DNA of 64,000 bases, from NCBI GenBank assembly GCA_004431415.1, contig QPMI01000100.1:248001-312000 (forward strand). The letters run 5' to 3'. The notes beneath the pieces are model-generated. The model saw only the letters and a list, made by a program, of their open reading frames with translations. It ran no database searches and had not been told where the DNA came from. The DNA comes from Cyanophora paradoxa CCMP329 (Eukaryota > Plantae > Glaucophyta). Below, piece after piece: positions 1-9,068 of the stretch; within the stretch, counting starts at the first letter, position 1, and each line of letters starts with the position of its first letter. The translations under genes and the position numbers were made by a program.

Positions 1-33
1 AATAAATTGATGCGATATAAACGCGGTTTATAA
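1..33 (+). CDS. 3' end of the A32-like packaging ATPase of element A (partial)
   Basis: Translates NKLMRYKRGL*, identical to the C-terminus of the element C ATPase (33164-33946), and is followed by the same downstream gene. Confidence 0.85.
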   Translation, partial: NKLMRYKRGL

Positions 34-61
34 AATTATCTCTCATTCTAATAAAGATACA

Positions 62-796
62 ATGCCTCCCAAACGAAAGATAGGGATCCCAGCTGGGGCT
101 GTTGGCTATTCAGGTGGTGGAAACAGTGGTTCTATTAACACAGACCCACTTAAATTCAATGGCATGAATGAGGTGAAGCCCTCACAACAACAAGAAGACC
201 CCCTCAATGCTGCCTATGAGGAATCATTCGATGACAAAGCCCCACAGGCTTCAACCAGTGACCAACTCAATATATCACCAGAAGCCTCAAAAATGAAAGC
301 TGTTGCTGAGGGTGCCAGGCGAATTATTGGTGCTGCTGATGATAAAGGTTTAGGCTTGCAAGATCTGTCATTGGCTCGCAAAGGTGAAGGTCTAAGTAAA
401 GAATCAGACAAGGTTATTCAGTCTATGGCTGGTGAAGTCACATACAAGACTGCTCCCACTCAGAATGTTCATCGAATTCCCAAGGCTCAATGGGATGAGA
501 TGACTGCTAAACTCAAAGATCTGGAAGCCAAATCCAGTGCTTTGGAGCAGTATGTTACTGAGAAGAAAGAGAGAGCCAAGCTAAAGGAGATGCTTCGAAA
601 GGAAGTTTATAAAATGGGTATCACTGGTGTCCCAGATAAACAGTTTATTGCTAAGAAAGAGAACCAAATCGATGAGCAGGCAGTAGATGAAATGAAAACA
701 AAGACCCAAAAGGGAACCATTGAACCTGGTGCCACCAAAGCTGAAGTAGAAAAGGGAGTAGCCTCAGCAGTATATAAAAGACGAGTTTGGCTTTAA
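62..796 (+). CDS. Conserved hypothetical protein downstream of the ATPase (possible core/structural protein)
   Basis: 244 aa; highly similar to 32404-33135 in C; weaker positional homolog 14881-15564 in B. Confidence 0.85.
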   Translation: MPPKRKIGIPAGAVGYSGGGNSGSINTDPLKFNGMNEVKPSQQQEDPLNAAYEESFDDKAPQASTSDQLNISPEASKMKAVAEGARRIIGAADDKGLGLQDLSLARKGEGLSKESDKVIQSMAGEVTYKTAPTQNVHRIPKAQWDEMTAKLKDLEAKSSALEQYVTEKKERAKLKEMLRKEVYKMGITGVPDKQFIAKKENQIDEQAVDEMKTKTQKGTIEPGATKAEVEKGVASAVYKRRVWL

Positions 797-818
797 TTAT
801 CTCTGTTTTATTAGAGAT

Positions 819-1091
819 ATGGACATAATACGAAAGTTCTTCGAGATGTTCAGTCTGCATGTGGTGAGCAATTGCCACAGTGGATGTTGTGAGACAACAG
901 TGGAGTTTGAGATGTCAGATAATGAGGATAATGCCTCAGAAGCAAGAGAGAGAAGGAGGTCTACAGTTTCTGTGGAGTCAATGCCAGCAGACCCCACAGA
1001 GTATACATATGAGCAACAGGAGTATCCAAGGAGAAGTTCTCTGCCAGCAGAAAACGTTTTCTCTGGGAATATAAATGGAGGATACTATTAG
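819..1091 (+). CDS. Small Cys-rich protein (HxxxxCHxxCC motif)
   Basis: N-terminus EMFSLHVVSNCHSGCC is conserved in B (15769-16206) and C (32159-32377). Confidence 0.8.
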   Translation: MDIIRKFFEMFSLHVVSNCHSGCCETTVEFEMSDNEDNASEARERRRSTVSVESMPADPTEYTYEQQEYPRRSSLPAENVFSGNINGGYY

Positions 1092-1320
1092 TTTAATCGA
1101 GTTTACCAGTGATGAACCTGTTACTGAAGGTTCTATAAGACACATTCTAGCAATGCAGAAACGATATAGAGAGGACCCAGCATATAGAGAGTATAAAAAG
1201 CAGCAAGCCCTGGCATCCTATTATCGCAGAAAAGCCCGAAAAGAAGAGCAGAGACCCAGAGGAAGACCGATTAAATATTATTTGCCAACTGAAAGTAGCA
1301 ATGGACCCCCAGGTCTATAA
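1075..1320 (+). CDS. Small basic protein with AT-hook-like GRP motif (type 1)
   Basis: QKRYREDPAYREYKK...RPRGRPIKY; homolog 31692-31955 in C. Confidence 0.75.
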   Translation: MEDTISLIEFTSDEPVTEGSIRHILAMQKRYREDPAYREYKKQQALASYYRRKARKEEQRPRGRPIKYYLPTESSNGPPGL

Positions 1321-1473
1321 GAAAATTGAGAAAAAGCGGTCTCAGTATGCTACTGAGGCAGCTATAAAAGTTTACAGACAGGAACTGGTGTTCGCAACAA
1401 AAAATGACTTAAGGAAAAAGTAGATAGGTTGTATTGAGGAAAAATTATTTTCGTATCTACTATTAAAAGGGAA

Positions 1474-1800
1474 ATGCCGAATATCCGCAAGATACTCACA
1501 GATGATGAAAAAGCAGAGAAGCTGAGACTGAAAAGGGAGCAAGATGCCCAAAGAAAACGCGAAGCCTATCATAAAAAGAAGGAGGAACGATTATCCCAAG
1601 GAGCCGCTACAGTTCACACACCAGAAGAACTCAAAAAGATTGCCCTCAGACACCAGAGGAAATACAGGGAAAATGAAGAATATCGCGAACAGAAAAAGGC
1701 GAAAGCGCTGGAATACTACCACAAGAAAAAAGACGAACTACCCAAGACAACCAAAGAGCATAAACCGGTTGGAAGACCTCGGAAATATATCGAAGAATAA
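1474..1800 (+). CDS. Basic coiled-coil protein with AT-hook-like GRPRK motif (type 2)
   Basis: EKAEKLRLKRE...TPEELKKIA...GRPRKY; homolog 16331-16744 in B. Confidence 0.8.
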   Translation: MPNIRKILTDDEKAEKLRLKREQDAQRKREAYHKKKEERLSQGAATVHTPEELKKIALRHQRKYRENEEYREQKKAKALEYYHKKKDELPKTTKEHKPVGRPRKYIEE

Positions 1801-1920
1801 ATTCTCGATCGAAACAAATTTTGTAGAAATCGATTTGATCGGAGGCAAACAAATGACAGCTTTCTTCCCTCTTTTTTAAAACTGTACCTATATATCGAGA
1901 CAGTATCCCGACCCAAAACT

Positions 1921-2018
1921 ACTTAAGGACTTGGCAAATAATAGGATATATATAAAAGACAATTCCTCCTTCCGAAATTATTTTCTTCGTTAAAGGTAGA
2001 AGTCCCTCAAAATCGAAA
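1921..2018 (+). promoter_or_regulatory. Putative bipartite viral promoter (ACTTAARG ... AAATTATTTTCT)
   Basis: The same two motifs precede ORFs at 1474 and 16914. The AAATTATTTTCT-like part also precedes 16331 and 22671 and the minus-strand genes starting at 5280, 31479, 31955 and 38005. Confidence 0.5.
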
Positions 2019-4613
2019 ATGAACAAAATCGAGAAATTCGCCACCCCTGTTGAAAATGCTACATTCCTTAGTACTCTCATTGGTGATCGCAACAAGGTCA
2101 CCCATGTATTTGATTCTGCCGAAGATGCCCTTGAAGCCATTGATAATAGCAAGGTTAAGACCTGGGCTGAATGCATTCAGCCTGAACAAGTCACCAGAGT
2201 TTACCTGGACCTGGATAAATTCGCTGATTTGAAGGAGAACATTGCTGAAAACTATGCTGAGGCGGAAACTGTTGTAAGAGAGATGAGAGATAAGCTATGG
2301 AAGCGATCTGGGACCACTTCGATTAACGATATTGCTGTTGCAGTTCGCCATAGAAGGGTTTATTTGATCAAGGAGGATGTCACCAAGTTCAAGATCTCAG
2401 CCCACTTTATCATTAAAACACTTGCTTGCAAACATGAAGATATCCCCAAGCTTTTCAAAGCTATGGGATTGGTGAAAAATGAGGATTATGACAGTGGAGT
2501 TTACAGCTCCACACAGAACCTTATCTGCCTCAATTGCTGCAAAGGTGAGACTCTGGATGCTCAAAATAAATCGAAAAAAGATGTTGATAAAAACGTTTGC
2601 TTTAAGAAATTCGTTGACTGTGACAAAGTGTTAATGCGAAATGAGGACTTCTTTGTATCTTTCTTCTCAGCTTCTACTAAACTTGTGGATGAATCGAATA
2701 TTTCTGCATTCGCAAATTATAGCCCTGAGCCAAAACCAGTTAAAAAGGAGCCAAAAAGTGATAAAGTGAAGACTGAGAAGGTAGAAGCTGAAAAAGACAC
2801 TGAACCCGAAAATCCTGTTACTTTCGAACTGCTACAAAGTGTTATAATGGGTCTGAATGGCGAGAGAGCTAATGAGTATAAAACTTGGATTGATGTAGGA
2901 CTGGTCATCATCAATGTTGGGGAAGACAACAAATTTACCCCTAAAATGCAGGCTGAACTCTTCCACCAATTCTCAGAACAGAGTGACAAGTATGATTATG
3001 ATGAATGCCAGGAGAAGTTTACACAACTTCGCAGAAGCAAGAAGAAGGCTGAGCCTGGCAAAGTTTTGACCTTCAAATCCTTGGTTTATTGGTTGAGCAA
3101 AGATAACAATGAGCTTTTCAAGGAACTCTTCCCCAAAAAGTATGCATTCCTACCAGAGGACACAGATGAAATCGATTACAAGACTGCAAGTATCCCTCCT
3201 TTGGCTGAACATTACAATGTGCATAAGAGGTATTTCAATGCTCGAATGCATCATGTTGAAAATGTTGGTTGTGTGATGCTCTGGGATGAACAACTACTTT
3301 GCTGGATGCCAAAAGATATTGGAAAGCTCTCTACAAAGCATTTCCCCCACTTGATGCATAAGGTGATTGTGAATGAGGGGACAGATAATGAGAAAGAGAA
3401 ATGGGAGCAATCATTTAGGAAATGGATTGTGGATCCAACAGCCACAAGATCAACTTACATGGATTTCCTCCCACCTCCTGCTACTCTCAGTGCCAAATGC
3501 AAGTCTGTATTTAATCTCTATCCAGGAATGAAGGTCGACCATCAGCAATTCGAAAATGCTCCAGAGGATGTAACTGCTGAGATGATTAAGCCTTTCCTAG
3601 ATCACTTGTTCTTAATGTCTGGTGAAGATCAAAATACCTATGAATATCTGTTGAAATGGTTTGCCCACATGCTGCAAAAGCCTGGGGAACTCAATGGAGT
3701 ATCCTTAATCTTCATTGGTGAACAAGGAACTGGTAAAAATGTGTTGGTTGATACTTTCCAAAAGAAGATACTTGGAGATGCCCTGAGTTATGCAACTGGA
3801 AAGCCAAAAGAGGATCTGTTTGGTCGATTTGCCCACAATAGAGAGGATAAGATCTTGATTGTTGTGAATGAAGCCTCAGGCAAGGACACATTCGAAAATA
3901 ATGATATGCTCAAAGATCTCATTACTTCTGATAAGATTGTAATTGAACACAAAGGGATAGATTCATACACAAAAAGCAACTTTGCCAGGATTATATTCAC
4001 CAGCAATAACAACATTCCAGTGAAAATTGAAGCTGGAGATAGGCGATTTGTGGTTGTTGAAGTTAGTAAGAAATTCGCAAAAGATAGGTCATACTTCCTT
4101 CCACTTGTCAAATGGCTAAATGATCACTGCAATATTCGAAACATTGCCCACTATTTGAGAACCAAAGTTGACTGTGAGGATGTGAACTGGATTGCTGATA
4201 GACCCCTTACAAATAAATACTATTTAGCCCAACAGGTGTGCGCCCCAATCATCCTTATGTTCACTAAGTGGCTTGTGGATAGAGGCTTAATTTCCGAGAA
4301 TAAATGCAAGTCTGGTAGCCTTGTGGAAACCTGGAAGTGGTTCCAGGAGTTCATTACCAGCAACAAATATAAAAACGATTATAATAGTCGCAGATATTAT
4401 ACTGAAATGAGAAGTGTTACATATATTCAAGTGAAAACTACAAATGGCAAACAATACTATCATTTCCTATTCCCACAAGTATTTGAGGAATTCAGAAAGA
4501 TGAAACTTGTAGATGATGAGACTATTGAGGAAGAAGCTAATCCAAGAATGAAACATGACCTACCTGCTGCTGATCCTGATGCATCAGATTATGATTCTGA
4601 TGTTGAAGTTTAG
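2019..4613 (+). CDS. AEP (PrimPol-like) primase + PriCT-2 + SF3 helicase
   Basis: AEP motifs RVYLDLD, KISAHF and YDSGVY; PriCT-2-like YKTWIDVG...FSEQSDKYD; Walker A GEQGTGKN, Walker B IVVNEA, motif C IFTSNN, DRRF. Confidence 0.9.
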   Translation: MNKIEKFATPVENATFLSTLIGDRNKVTHVFDSAEDALEAIDNSKVKTWAECIQPEQVTRVYLDLDKFADLKENIAENYAEAETVVREMRDKLWKRSGTTSINDIAVAVRHRRVYLIKEDVTKFKISAHFIIKTLACKHEDIPKLFKAMGLVKNEDYDSGVYSSTQNLICLNCCKGETLDAQNKSKKDVDKNVCFKKFVDCDKVLMRNEDFFVSFFSASTKLVDESNISAFANYSPEPKPVKKEPKSDKVKTEKVEAEKDTEPENPVTFELLQSVIMGLNGERANEYKTWIDVGLVIINVGEDNKFTPKMQAELFHQFSEQSDKYDYDECQEKFTQLRRSKKKAEPGKVLTFKSLVYWLSKDNNELFKELFPKKYAFLPEDTDEIDYKTASIPPLAEHYNVHKRYFNARMHHVENVGCVMLWDEQLLCWMPKDIGKLSTKHFPHLMHKVIVNEGTDNEKEKWEQSFRKWIVDPTATRSTYMDFLPPPATLSAKCKSVFNLYPGMKVDHQQFENAPEDVTAEMIKPFLDHLFLMSGEDQNTYEYLLKWFAHMLQKPGELNGVSLIFIGEQGTGKNVLVDTFQKKILGDALSYATGKPKEDLFGRFAHNREDKILIVVNEASGKDTFENNDMLKDLITSDKIVIEHKGIDSYTKSNFARIIFTSNNNIPVKIEAGDRRFVVVEVSKKFAKDRSYFLPLVKWLNDHCNIRNIAHYLRTKVDCEDVNWIADRPLTNKYYLAQQVCAPIILMFTKWLVDRGLISENKCKSGSLVETWKWFQEFITSNKYKNDYNSRRYYTEMRSVTYIQVKTTNGKQYYHFLFPQVFEEFRKMKLVDDETIEEEANPRMKHDLPAADPDASDYDSDVEV

Positions 4614-4622
4614 GTTTATTCA

Positions 4623-4804
4623 AAAGTGGACTCACAGTTGACTCAAATGTATCATAAAAGACCCAAACAGTCTTTTATTAATGGTTTATTTATCGATTAG
4701 GTTGACTAAGTGGGGGGAGTTGACTCATTTTTTCACAGATTCTGAAAGAGGACTCTGCCCTAAAAAGAAATAAAAAGTGCCTCAACTCCACCCACTAAGT
4801 CAAC
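4623..4804. repeat. Iteron-like GTTGACT/GTGGACT module with a 24-bp inverted repeat (candidate origin of A)
   Basis: gttgactaagtggggggagttgac (4701-4724) is inverted, imperfectly, at 4781-4804; the module recurs at 11255-11441. Confidence 0.75.
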
Positions 4805-5280
4805 TTAACACTTAGATCACTTCTACATACTGGACATTTGAATTGATCTTTTGATGGCAGCTTTGCTGTGCAGTCACCACATACTTGACTATTACACTTG
4901 AAACAACTCCATGTCCCTGGGGGTTCATCAGTTTCCAAACAAATAACACATGTTTTATCCTCTTCCCTCTCAAACGATATGATGACATCATGTAAGAATG
5001 ATTTCAGAATACTCTGAGAAATCGATTGAGGAACTAAGTAACCACTGTCTTTGAAGAGAATAAAGCAAAGCTGCTTTCTCTCAGGAGAATATCCATTTAC
5101 CAAATTCAAGTTATGAAACATTTTGACATGCTTTTCAGTATAAGAAATCACATAAATTTTGTTTTCATTCAATGAGCGATCCAAAAGATCTCTAGTTGCA
5201 TCAGTAAACATACTTGTGGCATCCTCAACAGGTATTGAGGTCGAAGCTTCCAGGGTCTCTATGATATCTTGGGTATTCAT
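4795..5280 (-). CDS. RING-finger protein (putative E3 ubiquitin ligase)
   Basis: C-terminal CVIC...CFKC...CGDC...CPVCR. Confidence 0.8.
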   Translation of the reverse strand: MNTQDIIETLEASTSIPVEDATSMFTDATRDLLDRSLNENKIYVISYTEKHVKMFHNLNLVNGYSPERKQLCFILFKDSGYLVPQSISQSILKSFLHDVIISFEREEDKTCVICLETDEPPGTWSCFKCNSQVCGDCTAKLPSKDQFKCPVCRSDLSVKLT

Positions 5281-5407
5281 CGATCCTTTCTACTAGTAGA
5301 AAAGAAAATAATTTTTCCTCTATATCCTTTTTTCAAATTCGCTTTAAGCCATTTCCAAAAAATGATTTAAGAGATAGAAAAATATATTTATATGTTAGAA
5401 GTAAGAC

Positions 5408-5758
5408 ATGGCTGGAACAGATCATGATTCTGGATCGATCTATATGATTGAGAGTCAGGAAATGAACAAAATCTACATAGGGAGAACCTCACAAAAAGTA
5501 CAAATCCGATGGAAACAACACAAATCAGGTCAAATGCCATCAACAGCAGACCTATGTAAGGCTGCTGATGTGAAGTTCTCAGTCTTATATTCAAGTAAGA
5601 AGGGTGGGCATGAAGACCTAATGAACAGAGAAGCATATTACATGTATCTGTTTGAACCTTGGATAGTCAATTTACAAAAACCGAAATCAAGATTTAGGAT
5701 TAACAGGTTTTTGCGATTCCATTCAGAGGAAGCCAATGGATCCATTAAAACATTTTAA
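5408..5758 (+). CDS. GIY-YIG endonuclease
   Basis: GSIY...IYIGRT...RWKQH...EAYY...VN motifs. Confidence 0.85.
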   Translation: MAGTDHDSGSIYMIESQEMNKIYIGRTSQKVQIRWKQHKSGQMPSTADLCKAADVKFSVLYSSKKGGHEDLMNREAYYMYLFEPWIVNLQKPKSRFRINRFLRFHSEEANGSIKTF

Positions 5759-5819
5759 AAATGCGTTTAGAACATCCTAAAATAAAATATCCCCTTAGAA
5801 TAGGAACAAGTTAGGAATA

Positions 5820-8800
5820 ATGCCCCGAATTACCAACAAACTCATAAGGGAGAAGAAATGGGAACTCATGGGATTGCTGGGAACACTTTATGCAGCCCAT
5901 GAAATAACAGAGGCTGAATATGACCGGGAAATAGATTTAATTGCAAAGGGTAGACCCACTTTAGCCAGATTAACCAGAAAAGCAAATAACCTATATGATA
6001 AAATTGAAACCTTGGATGAACTGGATCGCCTAAGGCAAATAGAACCTGAGGCAGAAGATGGAACAGCCATAAATGAATTATATCGCTGGCTCACTTACAG
6101 AGCCAGAAGGGAAGTTGTTGTAGATGTGATTGAATTCCTGGACAGAATTGCTACATCCCTTCCTAATCGATTAAAACAGGGTTTAGATCAATTCAGGGCA
6201 ATCAAGGTTCGCTTGTCTTTTATTTGCAAGTTCGTTAAAGTCAGCAATCCGCAGGTTTGGATATCGAAATACATTTACAGTGATTATTTTGTATTAACCA
6301 GATCGAGAAATATTCGAACTGAGCTGAATAAAGCAGCCCAAATGTGTCAGGAGCAGATGAATGTGGTTGATAGCTATCGCTTAGAAAGAATTGAAATACT
6401 CAGAGTGGCTATTATGAGTTATGCTCCAACAGGTGGATGCTTTCTACAAACCCCAGAGTGGATTGCTAGGAAGAGAGCCACAGTAAATATTCGAAATATT
6501 GATGATTCCTGCTTCGAAAATGCAATTTTGGCATATATTCACAGAAAAGCGATAAACTCCCATAAGAGGAATGAGCTTTCACAATATCGCAAATGGAAAT
6601 ACTCAGCAATCGCTTATAATCCGCTGGCTCTCAATTTCGACAATATCCCATTCCCTGTTGCCTGTGATGCTGAAATAATTGATAAATTCGAGGCTCAAAA
6701 TGCAGGCATTAGCATTAATATATTTGGAATCGATGGAGAGGTTATTTATCCCCTGCATCAATCAAGTAACCCAGGCAGAAAGCATAAGGTTAATCTCATG
6801 CTGATATTTGATGATGAAGGGAATGGACATTATATTACAATCATGTCCCTTTCAAGGCTATTGAAAGTAAACCATGAAACATACAATGATCAAAAGTTAC
6901 ACTACTGTGACACATGCTTATCTCGATTTAGGTCTGAAGCTAAACTCACTGCTCATGTGGACTCAAACAGATGCATTGATTGGAGACTCTCAAAGGGAAT
7001 CACACCTAAACCTGAGACCACCATAGAGTTTGGACTGAAAAACCTAAGGAAAACTGTTTGGCTTCCTGTTGTGGTTTACTGCAAGATTGAACATAGAAGC
7101 ATCCCCATAGATGCATCGAAATCCAAGAGAGAAGTCTCAGCAGTCAACCTCAGAGTAGTCAATGGGGAAGATGTTCAAGATTTTCGATTTGAGGGGCAGG
7201 ATCCAATGGGAGGTCTGTTTGAATGCTTGGAGTCCAAAGCAAGAGAACTAATCGATTTCCTGTTCACCAATATTCCCATGAATGAACTCACTGATGAGCA
7301 AAAGGCTATTTACAGAGCTTCTAAACACTGTTACCTTTGCAGTGAGAGGTTCACTAAAGAGAACTTCAAATGCAGAGATCATGATCACCACACAGGTCAT
7401 TATATTGCTCCTGCATGCAGAAACTGCAATCTCCATAGGAGAATCTCAAAGCAAACCAAAGTTGCAGTTGTTGTTGACCAAATGGATGACTGTGGGACAT
7501 TCATTTTCAGAAAAATAGCAGGCATGGGTGATAAAAAGCGAATCGAAATCCTTTCGAAAAACTTTGATCAATACCTTTCATTGCAATGGGGTCTTTACAA
7601 GTTCATTGATGCAAGTAATTTTATGGACTTTGGGGCTGCTGATGTAGATGAGTTAATGAGCAAATTCCAGGCTTTCAGAAGGCTTTCACACTCAGTATAT
7701 GGATTGGACCCAGTTCATTATGTATCTGCACCTGGGTTATCTTGGGATGCTATGCTTAGGACCACCAAGGCAAAAATAGAGCTTATAAGTGATGTAGAGC
7801 AATACGAATTTGTTGAGAGGGGAATCAGGGGTGGCTTTGCAACAATGCCTTGTAGGTATGCTGAGGCTGATGGTGAGAACTCCCATATAATGCTGTTTGA
7901 TGCTAACAACTTGTATGGCTACTGTTTGAGTCAGCCAATCCCAGTTGGTGATTTTAGATGGGAGACCGAATTCAACCCACAAGATAACAGATCCAGTTTC
8001 CTGGAAGTTGATCTGGATTACCCAATTAGGCTATATCTAGACCACAGTGATTTCCCCCTAATTATTAACAAGAAAATAGTAGAATATGCAGAATTATCAC
8101 AATATCAAAAGAGCCTATTAGATCTCTCAGGAGAAGAGCTTGATAAGACCCCTAAGCTAACTGCAACCTTTGGTTCTGTGACCAACTATGTGATTTCTGA
8201 GCCTCTTCTGCAATACATGTTAGCTAAAGGTGTGAAACTAAAGAAGGTTCACAGGGTCCTATCATTTACTGTGGCTCCTGTAATGAAACTCTACATTGAG
8301 CTGAACACTGATATGAGAAGGAAAGCAGTGAATAAATTCGAGGCTGATTTCTACAAGCTCATGAATAACTCAATATATGGGAAATGCATTGAATCATGTA
8401 GAGGTCGATCTGTGGTAAAGATTGCCAACACTGAGAAGCTATTTATGAAATATGCAGCCTCTCCATTGGTGAAATCTACAAGCCCCATTAACGAAAAAGC
8501 AGTTGCCTTTGAGTTTTACACAAAACATGTGAAGCTAGATAAGCCTGTTGCTATTGGGGCTTATGTTTTGGATGCTGCCAAACTGCATAATTACAAGTTC
8601 TTCTATGATACTGTAAGGTCCCAATGGTCCAAAGCCAAGTTACTATTCCATGATACTGATTCCTTTTGTCTATATATCGAATCTAAGACCCTCCAAAAGG
8701 ACCTAGAGAATATATCCTTTAATCTGGACTTAGGAGGACCTAACAGAATGACCCCAGGTAAATACAAAAATGAGATGCCAGGTTCTGCAATCCTGGAGTA

Positions 8801-9065
8801 TGTAGGTCTGAGAGCCAAAGTTTACAGTTTCAGAACAGCTGAGATTGAGAGAAGTAAGCTATCTGGAACTTCCACTGAGGAACTCCAATTCAATGATTTT
8901 AAGGAGTGTTTATTTGCAGGTATCAGCAAGACTGTGACTGCAAAGCAGAAGAGAAGGGCAGATCACACAATAATAGATACTGTGAGTAGAAGGGTTGCCC
9001 TAAACTGCTTTGATGCAAAGAGATACATCTTACCAGATGGTATTAATTCTGTTCCTTTTAATTAA
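5820..9065 (+). CDS. polB: Polinton-type family B DNA polymerase (pPolB) with degenerate exonuclease
   Basis: DANNLYG, KLMNNSIYGK, HDTDSF and YVGLRAKVY; endonuclease VII-like Zn insert (CYLC...DHDHHTG...ACRNCN); N-terminal CF...HY protease-like dyad. Confidence 0.92.
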   Translation: MPRITNKLIREKKWELMGLLGTLYAAHEITEAEYDREIDLIAKGRPTLARLTRKANNLYDKIETLDELDRLRQIEPEAEDGTAINELYRWLTYRARREVVVDVIEFLDRIATSLPNRLKQGLDQFRAIKVRLSFICKFVKVSNPQVWISKYIYSDYFVLTRSRNIRTELNKAAQMCQEQMNVVDSYRLERIEILRVAIMSYAPTGGCFLQTPEWIARKRATVNIRNIDDSCFENAILAYIHRKAINSHKRNELSQYRKWKYSAIAYNPLALNFDNIPFPVACDAEIIDKFEAQNAGISINIFGIDGEVIYPLHQSSNPGRKHKVNLMLIFDDEGNGHYITIMSLSRLLKVNHETYNDQKLHYCDTCLSRFRSEAKLTAHVDSNRCIDWRLSKGITPKPETTIEFGLKNLRKTVWLPVVVYCKIEHRSIPIDASKSKREVSAVNLRVVNGEDVQDFRFEGQDPMGGLFECLESKARELIDFLFTNIPMNELTDEQKAIYRASKHCYLCSERFTKENFKCRDHDHHTGHYIAPACRNCNLHRRISKQTKVAVVVDQMDDCGTFIFRKIAGMGDKKRIEILSKNFDQYLSLQWGLYKFIDASNFMDFGAADVDELMSKFQAFRRLSHSVYGLDPVHYVSAPGLSWDAMLRTTKAKIELISDVEQYEFVERGIRGGFATMPCRYAEADGENSHIMLFDANNLYGYCLSQPIPVGDFRWETEFNPQDNRSSFLEVDLDYPIRLYLDHSDFPLIINKKIVEYAELSQYQKSLLDLSGEELDKTPKLTATFGSVTNYVISEPLLQYMLAKGVKLKKVHRVLSFTVAPVMKLYIELNTDMRRKAVNKFEADFYKLMNNSIYGKCIESCRGRSVVKIANTEKLFMKYAASPLVKSTSPINEKAVAFEFYTKHVKLDKPVAIGAYVLDAAKLHNYKFFYDTVRSQWSKAKLLFHDTDSFCLYIESKTLQKDLENISFNLDLGGPNRMTPGKYKNEMPGSAILEYVGLRAKVYSFRTAEIERSKLSGTSTEELQFNDFKECLFAGISKTVTAKQKRRADHTIIDTVSRRVALNCFDAKRYILPDGINSVPFN

Positions 9066-9068
9066 GAG

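Noticed and set aside
1322-1329. Mimivirus early promoter AAAATTGA
   Set aside because: An isolated hit about 145 bp from the next start, expected by chance in AT-rich DNA.
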